Assembly (NCBI GenBank): GCA_965198175.1
Contig: OZ240245.1
Coordinates: forward strand, 128,001 to 192,000
DNA from: Candidatus Poribacteria bacterium
GTDB taxonomy: Bacteria; Poribacteria; WGA-4E; PCPOR2b
Length of the DNA stretch: 64,000 nt
Direction of reading: 5' to 3'
How positions within the stretch are numbered: position 1 is the first letter of the stretch; every line of letters starts with the position of its first letter. Below the pieces are notes generated by a model that worked only from the letters and a program-made list of their open reading frames with translations, made no database searches and was not told where the DNA came from. Positions 31,017-39,163 of this stretch are shown piece after piece. The translations under genes were made by a program, and so were the position numbers.

Positions 31017-31781
31017 TCACTCTGTTTTTTCTACCAGTCGGATGCCTCTTTCTGCTGCCAAATCGCGCGCAAGTGGTGTGATAACGACCGGATTGGCGTA
31101 GACGAACTCTCGAACTGAAGGTGCGAGATTAGCAATAACTGAGGCGCTAATCACCGTTTTTGACTCTTTTCCATCAACAAGGCAAAAGTTTAAGGAGTCT
31201 CCGTTCAGAATTGTCTCAGCTAGTTGTTCAATTGGCACAAACTGAATACCAAAATTTGACAAGGTTTCGAGGTAATTGTGCTCGATTTTTGGAATTTTAG
31301 ATGCACGCTTTGCTTGGACAAATTCTTTGAGTAAATCAGACGCCGCGACGACTCTGTTTCTGCGAAGCATCGCTTGAAAAATTAGATAAGTGCATGGTGT
31401 ATCCGCTATTCCCAAAGCAAGTTTCGCCGCCATTGGATGAGATAAAATCGGTATGGCAATTAAAGGGCGACCTTCGGTAAAAGGGGACAAGTTCGTGATG
31501 TCTCCACAAGTAAGCACCTTATCCTGACCGCATACCGATTGAATGGCTTCTACGTCTAAAAGTCTGGCAGCGAGATCCGTCACAATTGCTGTTGTAACGT
31601 AACCGCCTTCGATGCATGCTTCAAGTTGTTTCAGTAACGGGGCGAGATCGACCTGAGCTGCGTCAAATATTGCCAGAAGTTGCTTATCAGAGACGGTAGG
31701 AGAAGTGGAAATTGACCGTTGATCTAGGACAGCTTTAACTTCTTCCTCTATCCGTTGAATGGGCACTTCGCTGTCACCCAC
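31017..31781 (-). CDS. Microcompartment-associated protein (flavoprotein/PduM-like region; C-terminal 'VITPLARD' motif)
   Basis: In an operon with pduL and BMC-H. 'PILSHPMAAKLALGIADT', 'VVITPLARDLAAERGIRL'. N-terminal amphipathic helix. Confidence 0.6.
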   Translation of the reverse strand: MGDSEVPIQRIEEEVKAVLDQRSISTSPTVSDKQLLAIFDAAQVDLAPLLKQLEACIEGGYVTTAIVTDLAARLLDVEAIQSVCGQDKVLTCGDITNLSPFTEGRPLIAIPILSHPMAAKLALGIADTPCTYLIFQAMLRRNRVVAASDLLKEFVQAKRASKIPKIEHNYLETLSNFGIQFVPIEQLAETILNGDSLNFCLVDGKESKTVISASVIANLAPSVREFVYANPVVITPLARDLAAERGIRLVEKTE

Positions 31782-31792
31782 TGAGAGAACTC

Positions 31793-32500
31793 CTAATCTC
31801 GCAACAACTCTATGGCTTCACCGCCACGTAATCCTGCACAATTGGCGTCGTCAGTATCTAAGTGCATCTGAAGCACATAACTCGGTGAGAGTTTGGGGCG
31901 AATGTTTTCGAAAGTCAAAGCGCGTTCACCAAGAATATGAACTTTTAACAAATCGTCTTCACAAACTCCAAGGCGTTTAGCATCTTGAGGCGTCATGTGA
32001 ATATGGCGCGTTGCGCAGATTGCCCCTTCCTTCAAGAAAATTGAACCGTTGGGACCGATTAAGGTTATCGGTTCGGAACCTGCAATATCACCTGAATCGC
32101 GAATCGGCGGGTCTAGCCCTAAACGAATTGCATCGGTGCGTGCGACCTCGACTTGTGTATAGCCCCTCACTGGGCCCAGGATGCGAATCCCTTCAATAGC
32201 ACGGATACGCCGACCAACAATGGTCAGGGTTTCAGCTGCTGCAAAGGCGCCCGGCTGATATAAAGGGGCATGGACTACCAATTGGTGTCCCGCACCGTAA
32301 AGGATTTCTAGGTGCTCCTGGGTAACATGTGCATGTCTTGCCGACACGCCAACAGGTATTTTGTTCTGTTGCAAGACAGCGTCGCAGGCACGATTCCCCA
32401 CCGCACAAGTTCGCAAAGCACAGCCGCTACAAGGATGCTCTGTCTGAAGTTGTTCAAGCACCTTATGAGTAATCAACTCAATCAGCGCCTCGTCACGCAT
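31793..32500 (-). CDS. pduL: Phosphate propanoyltransferase (BMC phosphotransacylase)
   Basis: 'IPVGVSARHAHVT', 'RILGPVR..TQVEV..TD', 'RHIHMTP', 'MHLDTDDAN'. Confidence 0.93.
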   Translation of the reverse strand: MRDEALIELITHKVLEQLQTEHPCSGCALRTCAVGNRACDAVLQQNKIPVGVSARHAHVTQEHLEILYGAGHQLVVHAPLYQPGAFAAAETLTIVGRRIRAIEGIRILGPVRGYTQVEVARTDAIRLGLDPPIRDSGDIAGSEPITLIGPNGSIFLKEGAICATRHIHMTPQDAKRLGVCEDDLLKVHILGERALTFENIRPKLSPSYVLQMHLDTDDANCAGLRGGEAIELLRD

Positions 32501-32512
32501 CCGCCATCTTCC

Positions 32513-32842
32513 TTAACTTGACGAATCCCCTTCAACCAAATCAATGGCCAGCGCATTGTCTGATTCTCTTTGAGTAGGTAAAATCAATTCGACTTCCGCA
32601 TGTGGCCTCGGAATAACATGGACAGATACAACTTCACCTACCCTTGCTGCTGCCTCTGCTCCAACATCTGTCGCAGCTTTGACAGCGCCGACATCGCCGC
32701 GAACCATAACTGTAACGTATCCCCCACCGATTGTTTCGCGCCCAATGAGCTTAACATTTGCGGCTTTGACCATCGCATCTGCGGCTTCAACACTTCCGAC
32801 GAATCCTCTTGTTTCAACTAACCCCAAAGCGTCTCCTGCCAT
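32513..32842 (-). CDS. BMC-H shell protein (EutM/PduA/CcmK family)
   Basis: 'ALGLVETRG...[12 protein letters not shown]...[19 protein letters not shown]...VHVIPRPH'. Confidence 0.96.
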   Translation of the reverse strand: MAGDALGLVETRGFVGSVEAADAMVKAANVKLIGRETIGGGYVTVMVRGDVGAVKAATDVGAEAAARVGEVVSVHVIPRPHAEVELILPTQRESDNALAIDLVEGDSSS

Positions 32843-32883
32843 CTAAAAAGTACCCTCCTGAATTTTTTTGTTAGAATACCAGC

Positions 32884-32912
32884 AGTATATCACAATGTTT
32901 AGCCTGATTCAA
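32884..32912 (-). promoter_or_regulatory. Sigma70-type promoter of the BMC operon
   Basis: Minus strand TTGAAT-17 nt-TATACT with TG extension. Confidence 0.6.
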
Positions 32913-33231
32913 GTCTTTCTAGCTTAAGCCCGTCACTGCATGTTATGAATTGTTGCTTAAAGTCCAGTCGCTTTTTGTGTCTCATCTAACAGTCATTTCT
33001 TCGACAACGTGCTAGAATTTCAAAGGCCCCACTGTCTGAAGAAGCGCACTCACGATGTTCAACCCCTTCGGTGCAATAAGATATTGCTTCAGATTATGCT
33101 AGCCTTCAAGAATTTGCCAATCGTCATTTTTGCAGCCCCAGTGTGGAAAGTTTACCATATTACGAGATAGGATTGCAAATACCGTCGGATATTTACAATC
33201 CAAGGAGCGAAAGAAAATCGGCGATCCTTAC

Positions 33232-34086
33232 TTAGTGGTATCTAATCGTAGCCCACGTTGTGGTGAGCTTACCCTTCGGTTCAACCGCTAGAGCGTCCGA
33301 ATCGAGCTTGGCGAGCTTTTCGATTTCCGGGGCGGAAAGCGCACGACCGAAGATTACGACATCATCAATGATACCGTCAATGTACTCCCAGTTGTTGACA
33401 TCATCACCACGCCCCCGCGACGCTCCGATAAGAATCGGGAAACCGGAAAAGGTCGCATACGGCGCCGTCAGCGCCATCGGGTCCCTACCGGCTGCGCCGT
33501 GAAATCCGTCAGTGACATGCGCGGGTTTGCCGTTGAGGAACCCCTGGATGGTTTGTCCGTTTCCAACTTGCGCCATGTGTATCCAAGTACCTAGCTTGTA
33601 GGCACCACGAACATTGAACCATCCCTCCGGATTTGCGGCGCCCCGTTCTGGCTTTTTATCCACGGCACCTTTCACATTATTCGAGCCGTACGTCAGGTCC
33701 GTGTCGTTGAGGGTTCCCAGCCGAATATGGAAGTTTGGACCCCAACCGATTTTCTCGCCCTTGAACATAACTGCGCCGTGATCGCTAGACCTTCGAATGA
33801 ACGCCCACACGGCGTGTGTGAATTCATCCGCCATCGCGTTCATTGAAGCATCATCGGGAATCTCGACGTAGGCATCCACCCCGTTGACATCAAGACCGAG
33901 TCCGTGCTTACCAGGAGCAAATCCTGCACCGCCTTTTACGATGCCGTCATTGCGGCCAGTTAGGTCGTTTGCGTTTTCATCGTTAAACGTCAAAACGGTA
34001 ATAACACCATCGCTCAACGCTGCCGATCCGACACTCGTCATGGCGCATAGAGCAACAACCACGAAGTAGTAATTATACCGTAGCAT
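33232..34086 (-). CDS. Secreted LamG-like domain protein with conserved C-terminal tail
   Basis: Signal peptide, 'GKHGLGLDVNG..AYVEIPD', 'GIIDDVVIFGRALSAPEI', tail 'AVEPKGKLTTTWATIR'. Confidence 0.88.
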   Translation of the reverse strand: MLRYNYYFVVVALCAMTSVGSAALSDGVITVLTFNDENANDLTGRNDGIVKGGAGFAPGKHGLGLDVNGVDAYVEIPDDASMNAMADEFTHAVWAFIRRSSDHGAVMFKGEKIGWGPNFHIRLGTLNDTDLTYGSNNVKGAVDKKPERGAANPEGWFNVRGAYKLGTWIHMAQVGNGQTIQGFLNGKPAHVTDGFHGAAGRDPMALTAPYATFSGFPILIGASRGRGDDVNNWEYIDGIIDDVVIFGRALSAPEIEKLAKLDSDALAVEPKGKLTTTWATIRYH

Positions 34087-34564
34087 GGTAAATCTCCTTC
34101 TTGAAATATGAATTTAGGATGATACCTTCACGAAAAACAGAAACTAAGGAGTTGGATTAACGGGGCGAATGTCCCAAAATTATACACACCAAATCCATAA
34201 CTTTAGGAAGGACAAATGCTCATGATTGAGATTATATCACTTCCCGCTTGTTTACATCCAGCATTATCTCGCCGAGCAATGCCCAATTTAGCCGAGTCGG
34301 ATTCGCAGTGCTTGCCGTGCCCGGCGCGCAATGATGACAGGTATCTCGTGTCGGGCGGGTCGTGGTGGACGTTATCTCACCGCCTAACGTATTTTCATCG
34401 CCGTTATCCTTTGGACGTTTAGTCTGTGATTTGATTCCAGTAACTCCGATGTCGAGAACAGATATCCCTGCCTTGTCAAAACATTATAGCCCGATGGATT
34501 GACTGAGGCAAGCTATATTTGCAAAATCATCGTTGTCAATGGAGACCAGTAGCAGACGCACCGA

Positions 34565-34593
34565 TTGACATCGGCGGTAGATTCAGGTAAAAT
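34565..34593 (+). promoter_or_regulatory. Sigma70-type promoter of hsdR
   Basis: TTGACA-17 nt-TAAAAT. Confidence 0.65.
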
Positions 34594-34642
34594 AACGCCG
34601 ACGTACGCACCACAATATCATCTCACGACACATAATGAAGAC

Positions 34643-37390
34643 ATGACACCTGAGCAAAAAGCACGACAGAACATCGACCAACTACTCACAGCCGCGGGCT
34701 GGACGATTCAGGACCGCGAGCAGATGAATCTTGGTGAATCGCAAGGTGTAGCGGTACGCGAATTTCCTATGGCATCCGGGGCCACGGACTACCTGCTATT
34801 CATCGACAGTAAAGCAATCGGTGCAATCGAAGCCAAACCGGTAGGCACCACCCTCAGCGGTGTCTCTGAACAAACCGAGAAATACCTCACCGGGATTCCA
34901 GCACGGCTTCGATCCCATCAGAGACCATTGCCGTTCGGCTATGAGAGCACGGGAGTTGAAACCTTCTTCCGGGACCTACGCGATCCGGACTCCAGATCCC
35001 GCCGCGTTTTCGCCTTTCATAAACCGGAAACCTTGTCGCAGTGGATCGCCCAAGTGGATACACTGCGAAACCATCTCAAGGAACTGCCGTTGCTAGACGC
35101 GCATGGCTTGCGAGACTGCCAAATTGAAGCGATTCAGAATCTAGAGAAGTCGTTCGCGGAAAATCGCCCTCGCGCACTCATCCAGATGGCAACCGGCAGC
35201 GGGAAAACGTACACCGCCGTTAGTTTCGCTTATCGACTCATCAAATTCGCAGGTGCCAAGAGGATACTGTTTCTCGTTGATCGCAGCAATCTCGGAAGGC
35301 AGACGCTCAAAGAATTTCAGCAATATGCCACGCCGGAGGACGGGAGGAAATTAACCGAACTTTACAACGTGCAACATCTCACCACCAACCGGATTGACGG
35401 GGTAAGCAAGGTCTGCATTACCACGATTCAGCGGCTGTATTCGATGCTCAAAGGGGAATCGGATTTAGATGAGCAAATCGAAGGACGTTCGCTGTTCGAC
35501 CTTGGATTGGGGAATCAATCCGCTGCAGAGGTGGAATACCATCCCCATATTCCTATCTCGACCTTTGATTTCATCATCACCGACGAGTGCCCTCGCTCAA
35601 TCTACAACCGATGGAGGCCCGTGCTAGAATACTTCGACGCCTTTATCGTTGGTCTCACTGCGACCCCATCAAAGCAGACCCTTGGATTCTTCAATCAGAA
35701 TTTGGTCACGGAGTACAGCCACGAGCGGGCGGTCGCTGATGGTGTCAACGTTGGGTATGAGGTGTATCGTATCAAGACAGAGATTTCGGAGCAGGGTAGT
35801 AGCGTCGAAGCAGGTTTTTACGTTGACAAACGGGACCGGCTCACTCGCGAAACCCGATGGGAACAGCTTGATGAGGATATGGAATACAGCGCGACGCAGC
35901 TTGACCGTGCTGTGGTGGCTCCAGACCAGATTCGCACCGTAATTCAAACTTTTCGGGATAAACTGTTCACGGAGATTTTTCCCGGCAGAACGGAGGTACC
36001 CAAAACGCTTATCTTCGCCAAGGAGGACTCGCACGCTGAGGATATAGTGCGCACCGTTCGCGAAGAGTTCGGGCGGGGCAACGACTTCTGCAAAAAGATT
36101 ACGTACCAGACAACGGGCGAGAGACCGGAAGACCTACTCGCGAGCTTCCGAAACTCATTCAATCCGCGTATCGCGGTTACGGTGGACATGGTCGCCACAG
36201 GCACGGACATTAAGCCGCTAGAGTGTATTGTCTTCATGCGAAACATCAGATCGCCAGTCTATTTTGAGCAGATGAAGGGCAGAGGCACGCGCACGATTTC
36301 ATCGACAGACTTGCAGGCGGTCACGCCCGACACCAATCACAAAACCCATTTCGTGATTGTCGATGCAGTCGGCGTTTGCGAGAATGATAAAACCGAGTCC
36401 CGACCGCTTGAGCGCAAACACAGTGTGCCGTTTGATAAACTGCTTGAATCTGTGGCGCTCGGGTTCCGAGATTCAGATACCTTGACGACGTTGGCGGGTA
36501 GGCTCGCACGCCTTGACCGTCAAATCGGAGATGATGCGCAAAGACAGATCGTCGAAGCCTCTGGAGGCACCGCCTTGCGAGGTATGATTAACGGGTTGCT
36601 TAAGGCGGTTGACCCGGACCAACATGAACATCTTTTGATATCAACTGACTCATCTGGGGAAACCCCAACACCCGAGCTACTTAGGGAAAGCACGGATCAA
36701 CGCATCACTGAAGCGTGCAAACCTTTTGACAATCCTGAATTGCGCAACACGCTCATTGAAATTAAAAGGCGGCGGGAGCAGACAATCGACACCGTGAGCA
36801 TAGATAGCGTCATCGAATCAGGATTTGACCGCGAGGCGAAGGTGAATGCGGAGCGGATTGTGACGGACTTCAAACAGTTTATCGAAGACAACAGGGACGA
36901 ATTGACAGCGATTCAAATCTTTTACAGCAAACCTTACGGACAGCGCCATCTCACATTTCAACAGGTTAAGCAACTTGCCGATTCAATCGCAAGACCTCCA
37001 CATCACCTCACAACAGCACGGTTATGGCGGGCGTATGAGCAGTTGGAGCATTCGAAAGTCAAGGGGGCGGGACCGGACAAGTTGTTGACCGACATCATAT
37101 CCCTGGTGCGTTTTGCGATTGGGGAAACTGAAACGCTTGAACCTTACAAAGAGAGTGTCGATCGGCAGTTTCAGGGATGGCTTACCAAGCAGGAGAGACT
37201 GTTTTCAGAGGAGCAGATGGCGTGGTTGGAGATGATCAAAGACCATATTGTCACATCGCTGCACATTGAGATTGAAGATTTTGAATTTCCACCGTTTCAG
37301 GCAAAGGGCGGTGCGATTAAGGTTTATGAGCTGTTTGGCGATGCGTTGGGTACGATTCTTGAGGTGTTGAATGAGCAGTTGGCGGCGTAA
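34643..37390 (+). CDS. hsdR: Type I restriction enzyme R subunit (EcoEI/EcoKI-like)
   Basis: 'MTPEQKARQNID..L..AGW', nuclease 'DYLL...AIEAK', Walker A 'MATGSGKT', 'LTATP', 'QMKGRGTR', EcoEI-type C-terminus. The DExH box reads DECP. Confidence 0.93.
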   Translation: MTPEQKARQNIDQLLTAAGWTIQDREQMNLGESQGVAVREFPMASGATDYLLFIDSKAIGAIEAKPVGTTLSGVSEQTEKYLTGIPARLRSHQRPLPFGYESTGVETFFRDLRDPDSRSRRVFAFHKPETLSQWIAQVDTLRNHLKELPLLDAHGLRDCQIEAIQNLEKSFAENRPRALIQMATGSGKTYTAVSFAYRLIKFAGAKRILFLVDRSNLGRQTLKEFQQYATPEDGRKLTELYNVQHLTTNRIDGVSKVCITTIQRLYSMLKGESDLDEQIEGRSLFDLGLGNQSAAEVEYHPHIPISTFDFIITDECPRSIYNRWRPVLEYFDAFIVGLTATPSKQTLGFFNQNLVTEYSHERAVADGVNVGYEVYRIKTEISEQGSSVEAGFYVDKRDRLTRETRWEQLDEDMEYSATQLDRAVVAPDQIRTVIQTFRDKLFTEIFPGRTEVPKTLIFAKEDSHAEDIVRTVREEFGRGNDFCKKITYQTTGERPEDLLASFRNSFNPRIAVTVDMVATGTDIKPLECIVFMRNIRSPVYFEQMKGRGTRTISSTDLQAVTPDTNHKTHFVIVDAVGVCENDKTESRPLERKHSVPFDKLLESVALGFRDSDTLTTLAGRLARLDRQIGDDAQRQIVEASGGTALRGMINGLLKAVDPDQHEHLLISTDSSGETPTPELLRESTDQRITEACKPFDNPELRNTLIEIKRRREQTIDTVSIDSVIESGFDREAKVNAERIVTDFKQFIEDNRDELTAIQIFYSKPYGQRHLTFQQVKQLADSIARPPHHLTTARLWRAYEQLEHSKVKGAGPDKLLTDIISLVRFAIGETETLEPYKESVDRQFQGWLTKQERLFSEEQMAWLEMIKDHIVTSLHIEIEDFEFPPFQAKGGAIKVYELFGDALGTILEVLNEQLAA

Positions 37391-37451
37391 GACAGATGCC
37401 TCAACTGGGTAACATCTTTGCGGCTATTAGAATTCTTTAACGCAAATTCTC

Positions 37452-37533
37452 AAAAACGTTAATAAGACATTGCGTTATTAACGTAAAGTGAGAAAAACGT
37501 TAATAACGCAATGTCTTATTAACGTAAAGTGAG
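37452..37533. repeat. Two tandem 41-bp units, each a 10-bp inverted repeat around a 9-bp core; the core is inverted in copy 2
   Basis: ACGTTAATAA-GACATTGCG-TTATTAACGT (37456-37484) and ACGTTAATAA-CGCAATGTC-TTATTAACGT (37497-37525), each followed by AAAGTGAG. Confidence 0.9.
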
Positions 37534-37538
37534 AAAAG

Positions 37539-38729
37539 ATGAATCAGGAAGATTTCAAGAATTCAGCCGCCGGTAGATGTATTCGCACGATAACCCAGCC
37601 GTCAAATTGGGCTTATGTGCCGTACCCACTCCCAGCAAAAATCGAAATGGATTGGGAGTTGGCAAATCTTCTATCAAGAGCAGACATCAAACTAGGAGAG
37701 TTATCTGGTGCAGGACAACTGCTTCCGAATCCGCATCTGTTGATTAGACCGTTTATTCGGCGTGAAGCCGTAATGAGTTCAAGAATCGAAAATACCCAAT
37801 CCGGGTTGGACGACCTCTTTTTCTTTGAAGCAGATGAAACGGAATCGCCCCCTGTGTCCGATGTAACGGAAATAATCAACTATGTGAGAGCAATGGAACA
37901 TGGAATCAAACGATTGAAAGAGTTGCCGATTAGCTCCCGGCTAATCTGTGAAATACACGGAATTCTGATGGAGGGAGCACGGGGAGAACATGCCACACCG
38001 GGGGAGATGCGGACAAGCCAAAACTGGATTGGTAGCCCCGGATGTACGTTGATGGATGCCACCTATGTTCCTCCGCCGGTCCCAGAGATGAAAGCATGCT
38101 TTTCAGACTTAGAAAAATACGTCCATTCCGACGCAACGGAACCAGCATTGATTCAATGCGCTCTGGTTCACTATCAGTTTGAAGCGATTCATCCGTTTCT
38201 TGATGGCAACGGTAGGATTGGCAGGCTTCTGATCGCGTTTATGTTATTGGAGACGAGGTTGCTATCGCAGCCCCTGCTTTATCTTTCCGACTTTTTTGAG
38301 CAGCATAGAGATGAGTATTATAGATTATTGTTGACTGTAAGCCAAAAAGGAGACTGGAAAGCGTGGCTCGTGTTTTTCCTAAATGGGGTCCGTCAACAGT
38401 CAGAAGACTCCCTTGCAACGATTCGAAAACTGCTTGACTTACAGAAACAATATAGGGCAGTTGCAACCGGTCGAAGGGTGCCGATGGCTGTAAACCGCTT
38501 GATTGACCATCTGTTTGCGAATCCTATTATCTCAATTTCAGAACTATCCAAGGCTTGGAAGATACCCTTTCCCACCGTTCAACGGGGAGTGGATTACCTT
38601 ATCGAAAAAGGCATACTTGGGGAAATAACCGGAGGACGGCGAAACCGTCTGTTTGTTGCACATGAAATATTCAATACCATCATGACCGAGAGGACAAAAT
38701 CGCTGAATCCACGGAAACACCTAACATGA
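37539..38729 (+). CDS. Fic family protein with C-terminal wHTH
   Basis: Fic motif 'HPFLDGNGRIGR', inhibitory-type 'SSRIEN' helix, C-terminal 'GILGEITGGRRNRLF'. Confidence 0.93.
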   Translation: MNQEDFKNSAAGRCIRTITQPSNWAYVPYPLPAKIEMDWELANLLSRADIKLGELSGAGQLLPNPHLLIRPFIRREAVMSSRIENTQSGLDDLFFFEADETESPPVSDVTEIINYVRAMEHGIKRLKELPISSRLICEIHGILMEGARGEHATPGEMRTSQNWIGSPGCTLMDATYVPPPVPEMKACFSDLEKYVHSDATEPALIQCALVHYQFEAIHPFLDGNGRIGRLLIAFMLLETRLLSQPLLYLSDFFEQHRDEYYRLLLTVSQKGDWKAWLVFFLNGVRQQSEDSLATIRKLLDLQKQYRAVATGRRVPMAVNRLIDHLFANPIISISELSKAWKIPFPTVQRGVDYLIEKGILGEITGGRRNRLFVAHEIFNTIMTERTKSLNPRKHLT

Positions 38730-38771
38730 ACGAAACAGATGCGGGTTTATGTACACTGCCCGAAACATTAG

Positions 38772-38813
38772 CAGAAAAAGCCCTGTTGGATAAATCCAAC
38801 AGGGCTTTTTCTG
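38772..38813. terminator. Bidirectional rho-independent terminator between fic and the convergent sigma/clamp operon
   Basis: CAGAAAAAGCCCTGTTGGAT-AA-ATCCAACAGGGCTTTTTCTG: perfect 20-bp palindrome with A/T tracts on both sides. Confidence 0.88.
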
Positions 38814-38872
38814 TTATGAGATTTCGGCATCTATCCGATAGCCTCGTTGTCGCCAACACCTCGGTAAATGCA

Positions 38873-39163
38873 TCAGATACGTGAACCATCAAGCAACAGA
38901 GACATGGTTGATTCGACCGGAGGTACCGGCGCTTCATAGTCTGGGAACAGCCAGAGTTGGTTTGACTCATCCGTGATGTCTTTAACGGATGGTTCGTCGA
39001 ACGGAATCGCCGGGTTCGCCCAGAGTTCCATCCCGTGTACGCTCGGATTAGCCGTGATTCGAGTGCGGATTCGGGCGCGACGCTCAAGTGCGAGTGTTTC
39101 TTCGGCGAAAACCTCTCGCATCAATCGTATGAGTGTGTCAGTAGAAAGGTCGGCTCGCATCAT
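38873..39163 (-). CDS. 96-aa protein with a helical N-terminus and a clamp-binding-type motif QLWLF in an acidic, Pro-rich tail
   Basis: ATGA overlap with the stop of the upstream clamp gene, terminator downstream, 'DESNQLWLFPDY' (motif at 38945-38959). Confidence 0.75.
   Translation of the reverse strand: MMRADLSTDTLIRLMREVFAEETLALERRARIRTRITANPSVHGMELWANPAIPFDEPSVKDITDESNQLWLFPDYEAPVPPVESTMSLLLDGSRI

Noticed and set aside
37452..37533. Possible mini CRISPR array
   Set aside because: Only two units, the 'spacers' are 9-bp reverse complements of each other, and there are no cas genes in the window.
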